Part shown: piece by piece, positions 1 to 9,905 of the stretch | Position numbering within the stretch: the first letter of the stretch is position 1 | Layout: each line of letters starts with the position of its first letter | NCBI RefSeq assembly: GCF_902459465.1 | Contig: NC_047072.1 | Location: 17,174,001-17,238,000, forward strand | Origin: Asterias rubens | Lineage: Eukaryota | Direction of reading: 5' to 3' | DNA: 64,000 nucleotides | The notes under the pieces: generated by a model | Databases searched by the model: none | Seen by the model: the letters and a program-made list of their open reading frames with translations, nothing else | What the model was told of the DNA's origin: nothing | Made by a program: the position numbers and the translations under genes

Positions 1-280
1 CATCGGTGTATGGGTAAAAAACGAAACTAACATACTTACTTAAGTTGTTTTCTCATTGCACATTTTTGTTGTGTATGCTTTTTTAATTGCTTTCACAATG
101 TTTACAAAGTAAGTGGCTTTACAAAAATAAGAAAGCCTTCACCTCGGTTTTTAAACAGTAAAAACAGAGGTAAAAACCAATAACCCATCACTGATGTGAT
201 TAAATGATCAATATAATATTATTATTATTATAAGTAACGAGAACAGAAAAACATTTGGCGCCACTATTCGTCCAATTGTA

Positions 281-347
281 AAGAAAGTTCCATCCAACCA
301 GTCGGTCGTCTGTTACGACGTTTGTCAACTGGTCTTCATTAATTCTT
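281..347 (-). ncRNA. Type II SECIS element in the 3' UTR of deiodinase-like copy A
   Basis: Minus strand reads AAGAA-TTA-ATGAA-GACCAGTTG-AC-AAA-CGTC-GTAACA-GACG-AC-CGACTGGTT-GGAT-GGAACT-TTCTT. It has the AUGA/GA core, a 9-bp helix II, unpaired AAA, a CGTC/GACG mini-helix and an AAGAA/TTCTT helix I. It lies about 770 nt downstream of the stop codon of a gene with an in-frame TGA. Confidence 0.85.
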
Positions 348-661
348 GACGCAATAGGACCAATGAGGGCGCCCTCGTAGCTTTTCCGTTCCGCTCTTAA
401 ACTCGATAGGTGTTTAAGTCATGACATATATAATAGAGAGGCACAGTTATACGATGGTGTAATTAACTCAAAATACTACGATAAAGTGATAAAAAGTAAA
501 ATATTTTGTTTCTACATGACCTTGACCATAACTTGTGACTGTGCGAAAACTAATATTATGTTTTACAACTTTAGGGTTATAGTACACTTGTGCGATCGTA
601 ACAGCGACTATACTTTATTACATAATTACACAATTCAAATATTATAAAACTAAGTATGGTA

Positions 662-870
662 ATTAAAGGTACACGTTGCCTTGGATCGGCCGAGTTGGTC
701 TTTGAAAAGCGTTTGTAACCGTTTTTTTTTTTAAATAAAATGCATGGGTAGAAAGATGTAGAATATAATGATCCACACAAACATGCCTCGAAATTGCACG
801 GTTTTCCTTTTACCTCGTTGACTAACACGGTCGGCCAAAGTTGTGACTCCCATAAATGGCCGACCGTGTT
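662..870. mobile_element. Truncated TTAA-flanked MITE, family B
   Basis: Begins ttaaaggtacacgttgccttggatc, matching the end of the full copy at 16534-16916. Abuts an internal fragment of family A (about 885-1020). Confidence 0.65.
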
Positions 871-1111
871 ATTTCGCAGGGATTTTCGAAGTTTTCGAAA
901 AAGAAGTAATTTTTTCCACGAATTTGATTTCGAGACCTAAGATTTAGAATTTTGAGGTCTCGAAATCAAGCATCTGAAAGCACACAACTTCGTGTGACAA
1001 GGTTATTTTGTCTTTCATCAATATCTCGTGGAAACACAATACAATACAATAACAATTTGTTTACAGCTATATATATATATGTACACATCTCAATAAATAA
1101 AGAGCGATGGG

Positions 1112-1270
1112 CTATCTTCCGTTGACGGCAAAGTAGCTCTCCAACCATCCCCGTGTGTTATCAGTCATGAGTACGCTAGGTTCCATCATCTGCTTCCCGA
1201 TGTTGTCGCCGATGTACGCTACTTTGTCACCCTCAAAGGCAAACATTCTGTCTGGGTGTGCGTTGTACGT
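1112..1270 (-). CDS. DIO: Deiodinase-like selenoprotein copy A, last coding exon (exon 5)
   Basis: Acceptor ctctcttttattccgaacag, then TYNAHPDRMFAFEGDKVAYIGDNIGKQMMEPSVLMTDNTRGWLESYFAVNGR*. This aligns to the DIO Y-x-A-x-[PF]-[ED]-R-L-Y-V-I strand and to the C-terminus of copy B. Confidence 0.85.
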   Translation of the reverse strand, partial: TYNAHPDRMFAFEGDKVAYIGDNIGKQMMEPSVLMTDNTRGWLESYFAVNGR

Positions 1271-1791
1271 CTGTTCGGAATAAAAGAGAGAAAAGGACTA
1301 CAATCAGCCTTCATTTTGGACTAGATTTCCCCTTGTATGGGGCATCACACATCGAACAGCGCCCCCAATGAGGACAACATTTTCTCACTCGTTCACTTCT
1401 TGTCTCAATTTCGTCATGTAGTTGATGTTATTACTGGACTTTTTCTACTACCCCCATTCGATGCTCGTGAGCACTCTTACTGGCCGTTGTAAATTGTTGA
1501 TCGTGTCTATTTTCAATTGATATTTCTTTACTGCTGTCTACCTTTCCGAAAGCATTGTATGGACCCAACTCACATAAAGTCGTCGTCACAGCAATATTGA
1601 CTGCGTCATTTTGAGAGTCAACGCTTTTGGTGCGAACTTCATGGGACGCAGCGTTTACACGCGTATACCTGTTGACTTTAAAACATGATAAGCGTGCACA
1701 GAGTCACCACTCTTGTCTGGTGCAAGCAAAGGGGCCAATATCAATTTATGATCAGTACGTAATATTGGAGACATAACTGTGTACCACCAAC

Positions 1792-1900
1792 CTGAGCGAA
1801 GCTGTTTGTCATGGTGTCCAAGACGATTCGGACCAGGCTGTCATCGAGGGGGTCGTCTGTAAACGTGCGATGGTGTTCTTTATCTGCTGTTAACAGCAAA
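1792..1900 (-). CDS. DIO: Deiodinase-like copy A, exon 4
   Basis: Acceptor tacttcacag (phase 2), (N)LLLTADKEHHRTFTDDPLDDSLVRIVLDTMTNSFAQ, donor CAG|GTTGGT. Contains the DIO V[VL]DTM-x-N motif. Confidence 0.85.
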
Positions 1901-2451
1901 CTGTGAAGTAGTAGTATTGGGTAGAGAAGAAAGCAATCAATTTAAAAGTGCATTGTTCGAATTCATCTTGAAGTTTAGGGAAACTGTCAGTGAAAAGGAT
2001 CTTCCTCATGGAGCCTGGGTTCAACCCGATTGCCTTCGAAGTTAGAACTGGTTTGGCCGTAATGCGCCATTCCTTCACAGTATCGGAAGTTACCAGCTCA
2101 AATTTGTGTCAGTGTGGCAGCCACAGACCTTCAATTACATCTTTCATGACTGCCCTGACCTCAGACCACCATCAGGCGAGCAGGGTGGACCTTGCGTAGG
2201 ATAACGAGCAGGATGGACCTTGTCGAGGATACCAGCAAGTGGCTTAAAGTCACTAAACTACCAAGTAAATTTTTTTCAATATTCACTTAGGTCCAAAGAT
2301 CAAACGAAAGAAGAAAAAGGGGAAAAAATGGCAACAACCTGTGATTAACAGAACGTAACCAAAGGTGGCATGGAAATGAGTTCCTGTGATTTCAGGATGA
2401 TCTGCAAGAACCGTGCTTAGCCCGCACCAAATGTTTGAAATTGTCACTTAC

Positions 2452-2621
2452 TTGGCAGCGGCTATTCTTTCAGCCACCGTTCGATGATCTGGTACTTTGA
2501 AGGTTGTGTTGAGATTGAAGTACTCCGCAGGGTGGGCCTCAGCGAGATACACGCAGAGGAAGTCGGCCCGGTCCTTATACTCGCGGAAGAGCTGGGCTAG
2601 CGAACCGCCCAGGACACAGGC
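2452..2621 (-). CDS. DIO: Deiodinase-like copy A, exon 3
   Basis: Acceptor ctccaacag, ACVLGGSLAQLFREYKDRADFLCVYLAEAHPAEYFNLNTTFKVPDHRTVAERIAAA, donor AA|GTAAGT. Contains the DIO ADFLxxYxxEAH motif and the second conserved His (H-R-T-x-x-E-R). Confidence 0.9.
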
Positions 2622-2711
2622 CTGTTGGAGTGGAGGGATTAGAGAAAGAATTAGGCTATACGTGTATTTTGAAGACTTGTATCGGTGGTATCACATTGTC
2701 TGCCTACCTAT

Positions 2712-2947
2712 CGGTACGTTCGATAAGCTTCCCTGGGTCGACCCCGCAGTGATCACTCGGCGGGAGTGACCCCCTGACAAGAGCTAATCGAACGATCACA
2801 CCCGCCCTCTCGTGGTGACGGCATGCACCTCAGGTCACCCCCAAGTGACCCACTCCACAAGCAGGGACCCGAGTGAGCCCCGTCAAAGCTATTGGGACGT
2901 ACCGGGGCAGACCGGGGTCGACCCAGGGAAGCTAAACGAACGCACCA
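2712..2947. mobile_element. PIF/Harbinger-type palindromic MITE, family C
   Basis: Long TIRs ggtacgttcgataagcttccctgggtcgacccc / ggggtcgacccagggaagctaaacgaacgcacc with a TAT 3-bp flanking duplication. Sits in a copy A intron. Confidence 0.65.
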
Positions 2948-3324
2948 TATAAAAGAAACACTGAGTTGTCTTGGGCACGTGACTTTAAAAACTGCCTTTT
3001 AGACGTGGAAGTATATTATTTAGGATGCCGGTGAAATCTTAACTCTTTTGTGTAGATAATGTTCAAGCTGTTTTCAGAAGGATGTCTCACGAGTTGTGAT
3101 TGCAACATGTTGGTATGTTGATTTCGTTTTACTCCCGTTTCTGAACCTTGCAATGCCAAACATTAACTGTAAAAAATTGGCTCGTTACTTGACTGCATGG
3201 GTTTCCAGATAATGGACTTAACAATGGACCACCTAGTGTGAGTTTACTCTACTTAGTCAAACATAATAATCATAAAAGTTATTAAAGGAATATTTACATA
3301 ATTTTTTTTAATTATTTTTTTTAC

Positions 3325-3519
3325 CTGAAATGGAGGTCAGGAAATTGATGATGCGATGATGACGAGCGGTCTGTCTTTATGAAGGTGCAAGTCGGACATG
3401 CGCATTGGTTGTTGGGAGCGCATCGTAATGAGGTCAAGATCAGGTCGTTGACCGTTGACCTTGACGTCATCGATCATGCGCGGTGTCTTGGGGGATAGAT
3501 ACTTCAGTACGTTCATAAT
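3325..3519 (-). CDS. DIO: Deiodinase-like copy A, exon 2 with selenocysteine codon (TGA at 3337-3339)
   Basis: Acceptor ttcttgttttgtcag, IMNVLKYLSPKTPRMIDDVKVNGQRPDLDLITMRSQQPMRMSDLHLHKDRPLVIIASSIS-U-PPFQ, donor CAG|GTAAAA. Matches the DIO RPLVxNFGSxTUPPF active-site motif. Confidence 0.9.
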
Positions 3520-3621
3520 CTGACAAAACAAGAAGAAGACATAGTAACAATAGATTTAGGTTGTGAGTAGACTGGTCCCCTGTTTTTATCCGCAAGGAGA
3601 CAGACAGGCATTGGTTTTATA

Positions 3622-3782
3622 GGCCCTTTTCGAAACCAAGGCTTTGGATTCGGCTTCGGGCTCCATTTTCTCGTCTGAAGCCCTGAGCTCATACGCACCG
3701 CAATTATTGTCAAAACAACTGCGGGCCATACTTAAAGCCTGATCCGAATCTGGAGCCGAAAGCCGTGGTTTCGAAAAGGGCC
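3622..3782. mobile_element. PIF/Harbinger-type MITE
   Basis: TIRs ggcccttttcgaaacc / ggtttcgaaaagggcc flanked by an ATA direct repeat. A diverged relative lies near 43755-43880. Confidence 0.65.
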
Positions 3783-4508
3783 ATAGATCCAGTGTTTTTG
3801 ATGCACTGATATCATTGGATAAACTTGCAGTCACGTAAGCTTTCTTATCTGCGTTTTGATTGGTCCAAGGTGAGGGTTGTGTTGTCCCTATAATATGTAA
3901 ACTAATGTAATGCTGTGTTTTTGTATACATGTATGCATAATTTGCGAATATCTTTGTGAGTGCAAAGTTAAAGGTGTTGTTCTTTCATAGAAATCATACC
4001 CCCACCAAAATGACCCCCCCAACCACCAAAATAGAACTTTGCAACTAGAGCTATTACATGAGTGAACTCTTCAATTGTACTTCGATAAACCCGCCCTAGT
4101 TTTGATCCATAATGATCGCTCTTCTTATCAATGGTAAATAGAGCAATAAATAACCAAGGTTCTTCCTCAATCAATAATGAGGCTCACCCTCAATACGTGC
4201 TTCGAGGGCCAAATTGTTTTCCAGTTTGTTTGTTATGAAATGGTGTGAAATCTGTGGTGGAACTTCTGAGATTGTGGGGGAAAATGCCTTGAATGTCTAT
4301 GGAGGGTTGCAATCGTCTAGATTTTTCTGCAGAGATCATCATTTCTGATCACATATTGAGTTTGTTTGTTTGTTTGTTTGTTTGTTTTTCTGTGTTCTCT
4401 TTCATCTATAGTGTTTATCTATAGGGATTTTGTTTTTAAATGTGACTCTGTAAGCGCAATGAAGCATTATTTTCGATGGATTTGGTGCTATATAAATTGT
4501 TACTATTA

Positions 4509-4858
4509 TTAAGGCAAAGTATATACCTTTAGTTTTTATGGAACCGTTCGATTGTACATGTGAACATTTCTTTTCAAAAGGTGGCCGCGTCTTTAAGATA
4601 TCGCCGAAATTCCGGAGCTAACGATTATGTCCATGCAGGAAGAATACTTCCTAATATAAATGACAGGAGTACACAATCTGAGGAGCGTTACCGCAGTAAC
4701 GCTTCTTAGATTCAAACTTTGGGGCATAAACAAGATTTTAACAAAACCACATTACTTCGAAGTTATTTTTTTTTCTCCAAATGCTTTATTTTATCGGAAG
4801 CAGATGTAGGCTTCTATAGCGAAGAGTTTGTATTACCAAACGTATGCCTTCCTTTTAA
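4509..4858. mobile_element. Degenerate TTAA-flanked non-autonomous element, family H
   Basis: Ends ccaaacgtatgccttccttttaa, the reverse complement of the ttaaagggaagg...cgtttgg ends seen at 23071 and about 45725. Shares its TTAA with the next element. Confidence 0.45.
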
Positions 4859-5251
4859 AGGTAGTGGACACTATTGGTAATTACTCAAAATAATAATTAG
4901 CATAAAACCTTTTTTGATTACGAGTAATGGGGAGAGGTTGATAGTACAAAACGTTGTGAGAAACAGCTCCCTCTGAAGTGACTTAGTTTTTGAGAAAGAA
5001 GTATTTTTCCACGAATTTGATTTTCGAGACCTCAGATTTAGAATTTGAGGTCTCCAAATTAAGCATCTGAAAGCACATAACTTCGCGTGACCATGGTGCG
5101 ACAAGGGTGTTTTTTCTTTCATTATTATCTCGCAGCTTCGACGTCCGATTGAGCTCAAATTTTCACAGGTTTGTTATTTTATGCATATGTTGAGATACAC
5201 CAACTGTGAAGACTGGTCTTTGACAATTACAATAGTGTCCAGTGTCTTTAA
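4855..5251. mobile_element. TTAA-flanked MITE, family A (Kolobok-like termini), full length
   Basis: TIRs ttaaagg(c/t)agtggacactattggtaatt / aattac(c)aatagtgtccagtgtctttaa. Internal body is shared with many copies in the window. Confidence 0.85.
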
Positions 5252-6131
5252 CGTCTATACGTCCCGACACACGACGGCGTGAACATCTTAAAAGAGCAAG
5301 GCAAAGTTTGAATAAAATAATGTAATAATTATAAACTCCAGTAATTGTGTTTCCAATTTGTGATGAATTTACCTTTATTTGCAACCCTTATTAATAGGGT
5401 CCTTTATCAACCTTGGTCCTAGTGTTAAACATTGTGCAATAATTAACACATCAAAATAATGAAAAAACAAACATACACTAAACGTTCGCGACAACTCGAG
5501 AGATTTTAAAGTGTTTGTATAATTGATAACTGAACGAAAACTAACTTTATCTGCTCCCGTTTTACTTTTTGGGTAGTGGCTATTTCGTAATTCCTTAGTG
5601 TTTGGATTTGTGTTTGGTGCTTGACTTGTTGACATAAAATATATTTAGCAATTTATCTGGCCCCTATTTTTGTCTACCAGTAAATTGTTCTTTGTATTTG
5701 TATGTATATTATTGGTTTGATGTTTTTTTTTTTTGTTTTTTTTTTTTTTTTGGGGGGGGGGGGTAGTTGAATGGTGAGTCATTGTGTACGTGCTACGTTT
5801 GATTAAAACTAGATGGCCTTCTTTTGAACTGTAATTTGAAAAAAAACTATATGAACCACCGCTTTGAGCATTATTATTTATATACGTGATACCTTTTGTA
5901 AAGATATGGGACTGGCCATTATACGACTTTTCCGAACACTTTGTGAAATCGACCCATGACCCACTCTGGGTGACCCCTGACCCCTACTTGGTGTCTGGGT
6001 CAGACTGACCGACAACTGGTTTCTGGTTTAAGAAAATAATTTTAACTCAAATATCACAGTTAGTGTTATTAATGGTATGTTTTGGGTCACTTTAAGTGCT
6101 TCTTTTTCGTAAAACCATTATGGAAGTCATC

Positions 6132-6243
6132 TTAAAGGCAGTGGACACTATTTTCACGGGTTTGTTATTTTATGCATATGTTGAGATACACCAACTGTGA
6201 AGACAAGTCTTTGACAATTACCAATAGTGTCCAGTGTCTTTAA
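6132..6243. mobile_element. Family A MITE, internally deleted (both TIRs kept)
   Basis: The left TIR is joined directly to the last ~90 bp of the consensus. Confidence 0.8.
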
Positions 6244-7011
6244 AAAGCGGTTATGAGCATACCTCTTGATCATTCCTATATCTGGCCACAATAGGCATCA
6301 GCATGCCGTGGAATTTACTCCAATCTTTGATGTGTTTATCGAACCCCAGCTCTTCCAGTACCATCCGGTCCGTCTTAACGATGGCGCGCTGAAATAAAAA
6401 TAAAAATCCGTAACAAATAAAACCTACATCGTAAAAAAGAGAGGTAACAAACACTTTTTTGGTAACTTTTTATCATAGTTAACGCCCCCACAAAAAGTGC
6501 GAGGAGGTGCCATGCGGAAATTTTTGCGCATTCGTCCTTCACCCAACCACGTGTGTTTGACGCCTGCAACCCAAAGCAACCGCGTGGAACTCCTTTTGTC
6601 CCATTTGATTATAAACTTGTTGGCAACAGCTCCAACTGGCTTTGCACACGTTCTACTGTGAACCTTTCCCGAACTGTGGATCCTATTGTCATCTTTTGTT
6701 AAAGGCCCCCCCCCCCCGTTTGAATTTGAACATTTTGGTAGTCATTTTGATTGTGCCAATTGGTTTGTGGGAGAATGGTGTAGTCATTTATATAAATTGA
6801 CCCCCGATAAACCCATGTAAACGTTTAAAGGAACATTATGAACTCGAGCAATACGGAATTGGAAATGTTGACACGCTTTTGCTATGGGTTTGAATCAAGA
6901 TAATGTACGGCGTTGGTCATGTTAGAACCCTCTGCTTATTGTATGTTTACGGTCTTTGAATCAGTATAATGTACGGCTATGGTACTGTGGCAAACTTCTG
7001 CTACTGAGTAA

Positions 7012-7290
7012 TACGATAACTTTAGGAACTTCCTCAACAGCCAAAAACAAACTGAGTCAACTATCTATTAATTACCCGCTTGTACAAATTCGGTCTTTAC
7101 ACACAAATGTCTTAACCTAAACTCTAGAAATATAGCATTATTGTGAGTAAAGGCTACGATAACTTTAGGAACTTCCTCAAAACAGCCAAAAACAAACTGA
7201 GTCAACTATCTATTAAACACCCGCTTGGAAATTCGGTCTCTACACACAAATGTCTTAACCTAAACTCAAGAAATATAGCATTCTTGTGAG
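7012..7290 (+). repeat. Two-copy tandem duplication, 143-bp period
   Basis: tacgataactttaggaacttcctca...atatagcatt(a/c)ttgtgag at 7012-7147 and 7155-7290, near identical. Confidence 0.9.
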
Positions 7291-7297
7291 ACATTAC

Positions 7298-7480
7298 CTT
7301 GAGGTTAACCACCAGGCCTGGTTTGGTCGGATCATTAGCCAGAGCGAAGACTTGTTTCCCTTCTTCTCCTTCTAAGACCTCCCGCTGCTTCCTGACGATC
7401 CGGAGGACGACCTCTCGATCGGCTAGAAGCTCCCCGTCTATAACCATCATCGCCTCCCTCGCCGCGTTGCTCATCTGCAT
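7298..7480 (-). CDS. DIO: Deiodinase-like copy A, first coding exon (exon extends to an acceptor at 7531; start ATG at 7480 is inferred)
   Basis: accATG context, MQMSNAAREAMMVIDGELLADREVVLRIVRKQREVLEGEEGKQVFALANDPTKPGLVVNLK, donor AAG|GTAATG in phase 0. Aligns with copy B exon 2. The frame is open a further 17 codons to a tcttaacag acceptor, so an N-terminal extension is possible. Confidence 0.75.
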
Positions 7481-7743
7481 GGTGACAGAGGGCTCCCCCT
7501 CGGTGTTTTGGCCGCTCTCGCCTTCTTTACCCTGTTAAGAGGTGAACTGATGACTTCTCAAACTCTAAATTGGCATTGGACACGTTCGTTTGGCAATTGT
7601 CAAAGACAAGTATTCTCACTTGGTGTATCCCAACATGCATAAGAGAATAATCTGTGCAAATTTTACTCAATTTGTCATTGTATTTGCTCATCTTGATGGT
7701 GGCACCGGGCAGGGGAGGAGTGTTGGCTCTGAAATTAGCTGGT

Positions 7744-7793
7744 TTGGTCTCGACGTTTCGAACAGTAAACGCTAATCGTCTTCAGGAGACCAA
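7744..7793 (-). ncRNA. Minimal type I hammerhead ribozyme (Penelope-like element remnant)
   Basis: Minus strand TTGGTCTC-CTGAAGA-C-GATTAG-CGTTTA-CTGTTC-GAAA-C-GTC-GAGACCAA: 8-bp stem I, CUGANGA and GAAA cores, palindromic ACGU stem III and a GUC cleavage triplet. Confidence 0.7.
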
Positions 7794-7911
7794 CCGGCTC
7801 TTTTCAGAGCCAGCAATACTTCAAAAGATTATTATCACATGGTTGTGTCCGCAAAAGTTTAGACTTCAAACAGAATGTTAAATGAATTGATTATAGAAAA
7901 AAAATCGTATA

Positions 7912-8250
7912 TTAAAGATCTCAGATTTACATACAACTTATACGGTCTATACGATGATGATAACAGCAAGCATCCCTTGAAATATTTTATCTAAAGGGCC
8001 GCAATTATTAGATGAGCAATCAATAAAACTAATTTCCCGTTCGGAGTTTATCGCTCGGTGAGCGTTTTATTCATTTTTGTTTGGAATCGATGTCATGCAA
8101 AAAATGTGTCACCGGTTTTTCACTACTTTCTCGTGACCCATAATTGCCGATCGATCTCAACCTTCTACAGGTTTGTCAGAATGTATATGATGGACTTACA
8201 TAAAGTGCTTACGTTGCCAGTTTTATTAGCACAAAACATTTATGTAATGT
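7912..8250. mobile_element. TTAA-type non-autonomous element, family E
   Basis: Starts ttaaagatctcagatttacatacaacttatacggtc. An inverted homolog lies at about 13380-13720. Confidence 0.55.
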
Positions 8251-8585
8251 TCTGTTTATTATGAAATAACAAGCTTACACGCACATCGTAAAGGGAGAGG
8301 AAAAAACTAGAAAAAAACCTATCATGACAGTAGTGAGTTATATGATTATACAGTTGACACAAAAGTCACAGTGTTCATGTTTTGTGTGATCACCCGCATT
8401 GAAGTGTGTAAACCTCATTGAACAAAGGAAATAGTTTCATCAAAACTTTAACCCACATAGTAAACAACAGTTAAGAAGTATTATGGGTTGGGTTTAGTCA
8501 TTTTTATACGTGTTGGCTTAGTACAACAAATTGTGAGAAATGGCTCCTCTGAAGTCACGTAGTGAGGTAATTTTTCACTTAAGCA

Positions 8586-8969
8586 TTAAAGCCACTGGAC
8601 ACTATTGGTAATTTTCAAAGACTTGCATTCACAGTTGGTGTATCTCAACATAAGCATAAAATAACAAACCTGTGAAAATTTGAGCTCAATCGGTCGTCGA
8701 AGTTGCGAGATAATAATGGAAGAAAAAACACCATTGTCACCCGGAGTGTGTTCTTTCAGATGCTCGATTTCGAGACCTCAAAATTCTAAATCTGAGGTCT
8801 CAAAATCAAATTCGTGGAAAATTACTTCTTTATCGAAAACTACATTACTTCCGAGGTAGCCATTTCTCACGATGTTTTATATTATCAAACTCTCTCAATT
8901 ACTCGTTACCAAGAAAGGTTTTATGCTCAGAATTATGTTGAGTAATTACCAAGTGTCTACTGCCTTTAA
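8586..8969. mobile_element. Family A MITE, full length, opposite orientation
   Basis: Both TIRs with TTAA; partial copies adjoin on both sides (about 8500-8585 and 8975-9180). Confidence 0.85.
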
Positions 8970-9419
8970 AATACATTTTAAGGCATCGGAAAGCGCACAT
9001 TGTGCAATAAGTAACAAGGGTGTCTTTTCTTTATATATTTGGGGGAAACTACGATGGCCAATTGAGTCAAAATTTTCACAGGTTTGTTATTTTATGCATG
9101 CATATGTTGGGATACACCAAGTGAGCAGACTGGTCATTGACAATATTATTACCAAAGGTGCGCTGTGATGCAGTCAGTGCCAATTGAAAAAAAAAACCAT
9201 ATGCATAAAGGAATGATGCACCATTGGACTTTGGTAGAGTAGGCCTACATCCATTCAATTTATGTTTGCAAAAAAATAATATACCAAATAAAGGGATAGA
9301 CCATCAATGGTTTCTGGAACGTTCCAACCTCTCGTTCTAAACTACGATTTGAAACTTTGCATGCAGGTCGGGGTACTCAAGTTAGCTTTGAGGTGACACC
9401 ATGTGTATGAATGTTCTTT

Positions 9420-9510
9420 GAAGTAGTGGTGGTTCTATGAGCAGAACCGGTGGTTTGAAACTCGACGTTTCGAGTAGTGTGCTGTGATTGTCTTCAGAAG
9501 AATGGTAGTT
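9420..9510 (-). mobile_element. Degenerate Penelope-like terminal remnant with a decayed hammerhead
   Basis: Retains CTGAAGA...GAAACGTCGAG on the minus strand, but stems I and II are disrupted. Same motif family as 7744-7793. Confidence 0.45.
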
Positions 9511-9849
9511 CTAAAGACAAATATCGTGAAGGGATGGTCCATACTTTGATTTTGGAAGCATTCAAATCACCCATGTTCGCAAGTAATAATAGTGATGTTA
9601 CATCACAGTCTATAAAAGAGTATATTTTGATTCCACCTCAGAAAAATGTACTTAAGATTTATAGAAATTACCACCTACCGTGTCTGTAGTGTCCGGGTGC
9701 AGACTACTGGTGTGTTGGGAGCTCGTTTCTCGTTCTATTTGTGGACTCACTCAACGTCTTAATCAGCCATTTCAATCGAAGAAGACAAGCTCTCACTCTC
9801 AGAGACAAAAACCCTCAAACTGACTCCGTCGAAGTCAAGACGCTTCTTT

Positions 9850-9905
9850 TTATTGGATAGGCTGACGTCTCATTTGCATATTCCTGGCAGGGTTTGCACC
9901 AATGA
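9850..9905. promoter_or_regulatory. Possible promoter cluster upstream of copy A
   Basis: ATTGG (9852), TGACGT (9863), octamer ATTTGCAT (9872-9879) and CCAAT (9899) within 55 bp; a minus-strand donor ACG|GTAGGT near 9678 could close a non-coding first exon. Motif evidence only. Confidence 0.3.

Noticed and set aside
3337-3339. TGA (here and at 31844-31846) read as a premature stop, making both genes pseudogenes
   Set aside because: It is at the deiodinase Sec position in both paralogs, downstream exons are intact, and copy A has a SECIS.
9461-9501. Third functional hammerhead
   Set aside because: The core is present but stems I and II no longer pair; kept only as a Penelope remnant.
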